Source: a virus
Taxonomy: Duplodnaviria > Heunggongvirae > Uroviricota > Caudoviricetes
IMG/VR virus record: IMGVR_UViG_3300042908_000811
Span: 64,001 to 74,599 of that record
Reading direction: 5' to 3' (one strand)
DNA length: 10,599 nt
A program made the position numbers and the translations under genes. The notes under the pieces are model-generated. The model saw nothing but the letters and a program-made list of their open reading frames with translations, ran no database searches and was not told where the DNA came from. Shown piece by piece: positions 6,866 through 10,599 of this stretch (position 1 is the stretch's first letter; every line of letters starts with the position of its first letter).

Positions 6866-7231
6866 TTAATAAAATTCAATAACTTGCCAAGAAAATGGAA
6901 TAAACTGGGCGAAGCTATTTCCCGTATAATAAAAAATTAAATTTCCTACCGTGAATTGAGTAGAAGAGTTTACGGAGATTAAAACTGGCACACAAACAGC
7001 ACCACCTGTAGAGGAAAAATAGCCGCCTGTATCGACGCGACCATACCCACCGTCAATCAAAATCATAATCTTACTTGTAGTCACAGAAGCCATAGTCACA
7101 TTATATGTAGCTGCTGCGGGATTTGATACATACCCTCTTTGTATACTCTTTACCACACTTGTTAACCCCGCTGTTGTTTGTACTGTTCCATCTGGATATT
7201 GAACTCCTGTGACAATTAGTGATGTTGCCAT
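6866..7231 (-). CDS. Short tail-fibre-like/virion accessory protein (121 aa)
   Basis: GVQYPDGTVQTTA and VKSIQRG motifs typical of phage tail-fibre repeat/tip modules; GGAG RBS; late promoter 7278-7285. Confidence 0.7.
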   Translation of the reverse strand: MATSLIVTGVQYPDGTVQTTAGLTSVVKSIQRGYVSNPAAATYNVTMASVTTSKIMILIDGGYGRVDTGGYFSSTGGAVCVPVLISVNSSTQFTVGNLIFYYTGNSFAQFIPFSWQVIEFY

Positions 7232-7277
7232 ATTTTATTTCTCTCCATATTCCAACAAATATATCTATATTATCTTA

Positions 7278-7285
7278 TATTTATA
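7278..7285 (-). promoter_or_regulatory. T4-type late promoter TATAAATA
   Basis: Exact match on minus, 46 nt upstream of ATG 7231. Confidence 0.75.
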
Positions 7286-7361
7286 TATTCGCGGTGCTTT
7301 CGCAAAACAGTGGTGTTTCCCGAAGGGAAATATAGAAATGGCGAACAATAACCGAAAAATT

Positions 7362-7556
7362 TTATTCAACAAGAAACTCTAGGAGGGATATACCATTATT
7401 CGATACGCGAATCACGGAATTATCTTCGAATATGAAGTCTTCTTCTGGTAATGAAGAAACAGGTCTTCCTTTATTCTCAAGGATAATGGATACGCTCTCT
7501 CCGTATGAAAAGGGTCTCGCTGAAATTGCTTTATATAATTGCTCTGCTTTACTCAT
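7362..7556 (-). CDS. Hypothetical protein (64 aa)
   Basis: ORF track; AGGA upstream; same orientation as neighbours; no recognisable motif. Confidence 0.6.
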   Translation of the reverse strand: MSKAEQLYKAISARPFSYGESVSIILENKGRPVSSLPEEDFIFEDNSVIRVSNNGISLLEFLVE

Positions 7557-7623
7557 TTTTGTCTTCTTCCTAAGGATAAATATCGCGGTCCGCGGGATGT
7601 AACGCGGGATGCTTGGTTACTGG

Positions 7624-7749
7624 TTAAAAAGAATCAAAGATTCCAAGAATCTTCGCGGGATTCTCTAAAATGCTTGGATATTCTACGGCGATGTATGTAG
7701 AACCTACAAGAACGATCGCGGCTATCAATACGAATCTAAAATGTGTCAT
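7624..7749 (-). CDS. Small single-pass membrane protein (41 aa, MTHFRFVLIAAIVLVGSTYIAVEYPSILENPAKILGIFDSF)
   Basis: Manual translation; GGAG RBS 8 nt upstream, right after the groES stop; hydrophobic helix. Not in the track. Confidence 0.65.
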   Translation of the reverse strand: MTHFRFVLIAAIVLVGSTYIAVEYPSILENPAKILGIFDSF

Positions 7750-7762
7750 AAATGATTCTCCG

Positions 7763-7999
7763 TTAATAAATGAAGATAACTTCGTCAATAGGTGTTATGT
7801 AGAGTTCTCCTTCAACCTTGGTTGCGGCATTCCAATTTAGGAATACTGTATCTTCTACATTTACTTCTGTAACATCGGGACCAATCGCTAATACTTTGCC
7901 TTTGTCTTGGTCTAGAGTTGATTTTAGGATTATGCCTGATTCTGTTTCTTTTGAACCTGGGATTCTTTCAATTAGAATATTATTTAGAGTTGGTTTCAT
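7763..7999 (-). CDS. groES: GroES/Cpn10-like co-chaperonin (78 aa)
   Basis: MKPT-LNNILIE, mobile loop KETESGIIL, KGKVLAIGP, V-x-V-x-D-x-V: the Cpn10 signature. No groEL in the window. Confidence 0.9.
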   Translation of the reverse strand: MKPTLNNILIERIPGSKETESGIILKSTLDQDKGKVLAIGPDVTEVNVEDTVFLNWNAATKVEGELYITPIDEVIFIY

Positions 8000-8089
8000 A
8001 TTGTATTATTTGCTTTTTTACTTATGTTAAATCAAGGGTTTAGAACCTACATTTTTCATTTTTTGGTATACCCTGTGGGGTACATTGGG

Positions 8090-8097
8090 TATTTATA
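8090..8097 (-). promoter_or_regulatory. T4-type late promoter TATAAATA upstream of groES
   Basis: Exact match on minus, 90 nt upstream of ATG 7999. Confidence 0.6.
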
Positions 8098-8098
8098 T

Positions 8099-8190
8099 TA
8101 AACGTTATTAGAGTTTAATTCTACTCTGTAGTCAATAGAAAGTAAACGTTATTAGAGTTTAATTCTACTCTGTAGTCAATAGAAAGTAAA
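8099..8190. repeat. Perfect 44-bp tandem duplication (plus partial third copy to ~8197)
   Basis: taaacgttattagagtttaattctactctgtagtcaatagaaag at 8099-8142 and 8143-8186, then taaaggttatt. Confidence 0.95.
8107..8179 (-). promoter_or_regulatory. Two sigma70-like promoters (TTGACT-N17-TCTAAT), one per repeat unit
   Basis: -35 at 8135-8130 and 8179-8174; -10 at 8112-8107 and 8156-8151; 17-nt spacers; point toward groES. Confidence 0.6.
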
Positions 8191-8192
8191 GG

Positions 8193-8324
8193 TTATTTTT
8201 CCATATTTATGAAATATTTCTTATTTTTTCTAGAGGGATCATCTTTAGGATTGAATTTTGGTTTTTTCTTCTTTTTAGATTCAATTGGATCGAAGTCTGA
8301 GAATTTAGATAGTTTCTTTTTCAT
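8193..8324 (-). CDS. Small highly basic protein (43 aa, MKKKLSKFSDFDPIESKKKKKPKFNPK...)
   Basis: Manual translation; ATGA overlap with the stop of 8321..8746. Not in the track. Confidence 0.6.
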   Translation of the reverse strand: MKKKLSKFSDFDPIESKKKKKPKFNPKDDPSRKNKKYFINMEK

Positions 8325-8746
8325 GGTAGAAGGTTTGGGAATGTTTCCTTTATTAGAGAGTACGTTAGACCTTTAGTTTTAAGATCTTTGTTGAATAGAT
8401 TAATAAGTGTTTGTGCTTCAGCAGGTTCCAAAGATTCTAGAAGTTGAAGAAGGAGATTGTTTCGTTTTTCAATTGTGAGAGAATCTGCTGTTTCGTTTCC
8501 AATTTGAAATAGATATAGACGTTTCAATTCGCAAGGAAGAGTAGAGAAAGAGATACCTGGAAGAGTATCTGGTTCTTTATATCCTTCTGGGAAAGAAGAA
8601 GGGTAGAATCTAATATCAGGGTGGAAAGCTAAAGAAAGGAATTGCTTCAGTAGAGGAGAAGCGTATTGTAGAAGAATAGATTGCTTCTCTTTCTTAGAAG
8701 GAGAATTAGAAATTTGGTTGAGGATTTCGTAAAAATTAATGTTCAT
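8321..8746 (-). CDS. Conserved T4-like phage hypothetical protein (141 aa), DUF6433-like
   Basis: EIL-x-x-IS...K-x-EK-x-x-IL...L...FHPDI...P-x-G...ELKRLY-x-F...R-x-x-L-x-x-QLLESL-x-P-x-EA-x-x-L...K-x-L pattern matches my recollection of DUF6433 proteins of T4-like phages; needs HMM confirmation. Confidence 0.75.
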   Translation of the reverse strand: MNINFYEILNQISNSPSKKEKQSILLQYASPLLKQFLSLAFHPDIRFYPSSFPEGYKEPDTLPGISFSTLPCELKRLYLFQIGNETADSLTIEKRNNLLLQLLESLEPAEAQTLINLFNKDLKTKGLTYSLIKETFPNLLP

Positions 8747-8756
8747 AATATGTAGT

Positions 8757-8787
8757 AGGAAAAAGAGGAGAGTTTGTTCTCTCCTCT
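8757..8787 (-). terminator. Intrinsic terminator after 8802..9506
   Basis: Stem agaggagag (8764-8772) / ctctcctct (8779-8787), 6-nt loop, followed on minus by TTTTCC. Confidence 0.8.
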
Positions 8788-8801
8788 AATGTTAAATGGA
8801 T

Positions 8802-9506
8802 TTATTGCTTGTGTGATAATACCAAATGCTTCATCGCAGAATGTAAATCTGTATGCTTACCCAATTGATCAAAACCTTTGTCTGGATGACCTTTCCAAGA
8901 TTTAATAATAGATCTACCACCATCTTCATGTCTAGAAGAAGTTACAGCACCAACAATTTTACCATTATGGGTAATATGATGTACTGAATCCGCGTCATAC
9001 CCTAATGGAGATTCTTCTGGATCAGCCTTTTCAATACCATATCCACCAGCAACAGGTTTTGCAGCAGGTTTAGGAGTAACTGGTTTAGAAACCGTTGTTT
9101 TTGTTGGTTTTGGAGCAGGAGCAGGTTTTGCTGGGGCTTCTCCAGAACGTTTTGCTAGATTTTCTTGGGCTGTTCTTGATACTCTACCCGCTTTATCTGT
9201 AGCTAATTGTTTAAGGGTTTCTTCAGAGGTATGGGGGTGTCCAGCAACAATAGATCTATAATAAGCAGTTTTATGTCCTGCCATTCTATTCATAGTATCA
9301 TGAAAAATTTCTGGATGTTTTTCATGATGTAAATGCTTTAGAGCATATCCAACAGTCAACATTGTTGGATCGTCATGTTTTTCTTTCGCTAGATGTTTAT
9401 CTAGAACTGCTTTAATTTCTTCATGAGAAGAATCTTCATGCGTTTCTTTATGTTTTGCGGCTTCAAAAAGCTCTAACTTTTCTAGTAGTTGTTTAAACGA
9501 AATCAT
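8802..9506 (-). CDS. Putative virion cargo protein (234 aa): His-rich, one LRV/HEAT-like repeat, P/K linker, small C-terminal domain
   Basis: N-terminus MISFKQLLEKLELFEA; 22 His; RSIVAGHPHTSEETLKQLATD...VSRTAQEN resembles a leucine-rich-repeat-variant unit; own late promoter and terminator. Confidence 0.8.
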   Translation of the reverse strand: MISFKQLLEKLELFEAAKHKETHEDSSHEEIKAVLDKHLAKEKHDDPTMLTVGYALKHLHHEKHPEIFHDTMNRMAGHKTAYYRSIVAGHPHTSEETLKQLATDKAGRVSRTAQENLAKRSGEAPAKPAPAPKPTKTTVSKPVTPKPAAKPVAGGYGIEKADPEESPLGYDADSVHHITHNGKIVGAVTSSRHEDGGRSIIKSWKGHPDKGFDQLGKHTDLHSAMKHLVLSHKQ

Positions 9507-9533
9507 TTATCAATACCTATTTCTAAATAGGAA

Positions 9534-9541
9534 TATTTATA
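9534..9541 (-). promoter_or_regulatory. T4-type late promoter TATAAATA
   Basis: Exact match on minus, 27 nt upstream of ATG 9506. Confidence 0.8.
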
Positions 9542-9590
9542 ATATTTAAGTTTGGAGAAAGAGCAATTAAACCCTTTCTCCATTTTCAGA

Positions 9591-9983
9591 TTACCAAAGA
9601 ACTGGGTGACCCATTTGGCTCATACAAGAGTTAAACGAACGCTTATATGTTTCGTCCGCTTCATACATTCCATACCAAAGTCCAGTAATACCACCGATTG
9701 CACCGCCAGCTGCAGCACCAACACCAGCGGAAGCGGCTCCAGTAATGATTGCACCGGAAACAGCACCAATAGCAGCAGCGGCAGAAGCAGCAACGATTGC
9801 ATCTTCAACACCTTCTGTTGCATATCCAGCAGTTTTGCTGGCTAATTGCTGGCAATAAACAAAATCTTCATCGGCTTTTGCTAGATTTTTATCAGCCTTT
9901 TCGTTTAGAGTTGGTTTATATCCTGCTACAGTTGAACAACCCACAAGGGCAATTGATACAAATAACATAGTAATATATTTCAT
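9591..9983 (-). CDS. Glycine-zipper lipoprotein (130 aa)
   Basis: Lipobox LVG-C16; Ala/Gly zipper AAAAIGAVSGAIITGAASAGVGAAAGGAIGGITG flanked by YCQQLA and NSCMSQMG; strong AAGGAG RBS. Confidence 0.85.
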   Translation of the reverse strand: MKYITMLFVSIALVGCSTVAGYKPTLNEKADKNLAKADEDFVYCQQLASKTAGYATEGVEDAIVAASAAAAIGAVSGAIITGAASAGVGAAAGGAIGGITGLWYGMYEADETYKRSFNSCMSQMGHPVLW

Positions 9984-10040
9984 TATTTTCTCCTTTATTG
10001 TTTAACACACACCGAATTAACGGTAAATTTATTTAGCGGT

Positions 10041-10598
10041 TTATATATCAACATATCTTAATTCAAAGGAATCAGCCATTTTCTCGCGTCCAGAATATCC
10101 CCTGCAATTCATCAGAATATTGGTTGAACCAATCATAGCGTTTAATCTACGATGAGAATGTCCACAGATCCAATGGGATATTTTAGGGTTATCTAGAATA
10201 AAATCTGTTAGATTAGAAATATATCCTGGATTCATCGTAGTATCTCCTTGATACTTTTCTGGAACACAAATATCAGAAGGGCAATGGTGAGTTACCATTA
10301 TTACCTTTTTATTATCTTCATTATTCAATTCGTTCTTGGCGAATTCCATAAACTTTTGATGGTCTTCATACGCATCTTCTGGATGCCAAATAGATCCCCA
10401 TTCATTAGTACGTTCTCTGTTACTATTCTTGATAATCTGAAAATCATTCATCAAATAAGAAATCTTATTCATTGCAATAGGGTCTTTTTTATTAAAATCT
10501 GTCCACATTGTTCCACAGACGAATGTAACCCCGTTCAATTTAAACGTTTCCTTTTCCAGGACATGAAGGTTTTTCAGATAAGAAAGTTTTTCTTTGAT
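10041..10598 (-). CDS. Calcineurin-like metallophosphoesterase, 5' end outside window
   Basis: Frame stays open upstream of track start 10538 (IKEKLSYLKNLHVLEKETFKL...). Motifs F-x-x-G-T-x-WTDF, VIMVTHHCPS, HWICGHSH. Confidence 0.9.
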   Translation of the reverse strand: MKEKLSYLKNLHVLEKETFKLNGVTFVCGTMWTDFNKKDPIAMNKISYLMNDFQIIKNSNRERTNEWGSIWHPEDAYEDHQKFMEFAKNELNNEDNKKVIMVTHHCPSDICVPEKYQGDTTMNPGYISNLTDFILDNPKISHWICGHSHRRLNAMIGSTNILMNCRGYSGREKMADSFELRYVDI

Positions 10599-10599
10599 A

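Noticed and set aside
4446-7231. Diversity-generating retroelement targeting the fibre genes
   Set aside because: No reverse transcriptase and no template/variable repeat pair seen in the window.
7287-7349. tRNA or hammerhead ribozyme
   Set aside because: No cloverleaf with T-loop and anticodon arm; no CUGANGA core.
7818-8030. Plus-strand 70-aa ORF
   Set aside because: Antisense shadow of groES.
8069-8083. Hairpin taccc-tgtg-gggta in the groES leader
   Set aside because: Only a 5-bp stem with no U-tract; too weak to call.
8099-8197. CRISPR mini-array
   Set aside because: The 44-bp units are directly adjacent with no spacers, and there are no cas genes.
9552-9845. ORFs 9552..9845 (+) and 9620..9823 (-)
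   Set aside because: Overlap the lipoprotein gene, which has the RBS and lipobox.

Overview
AT-rich, gene-dense fragment of a large T4-like (gp55/late-sigma type) myovirus genome, probably infecting a Gram-negative host. No core capsid or replication genes are present; this is a mosaic accessory/late region. Seven perfect T4-type late promoter boxes (TATAAATA) sit upstream of the 5' genes of nearly all transcription units. The window contains an SNase-like nuclease with a signal peptide, a His-Me/HNH-like endonuclease, four proteins with T4 internal-protein-like N-termini (MKxFK..[IL]xE), two convergent tail-fibre-like + chaperone-like gene pairs, a short GroES-like co-chaperonin preceded by a perfect 44-bp tandem duplication carrying sigma70-like promoters, a glycine-zipper lipoprotein, a 5'-truncated metallophosphoesterase, and several small ORFs missed by the ORF track. 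The most interesting signal is a putative set of capsid-packaged, protease-matured cargo proteins. All family assignments come from motif recognition by eye; no database searches were run.
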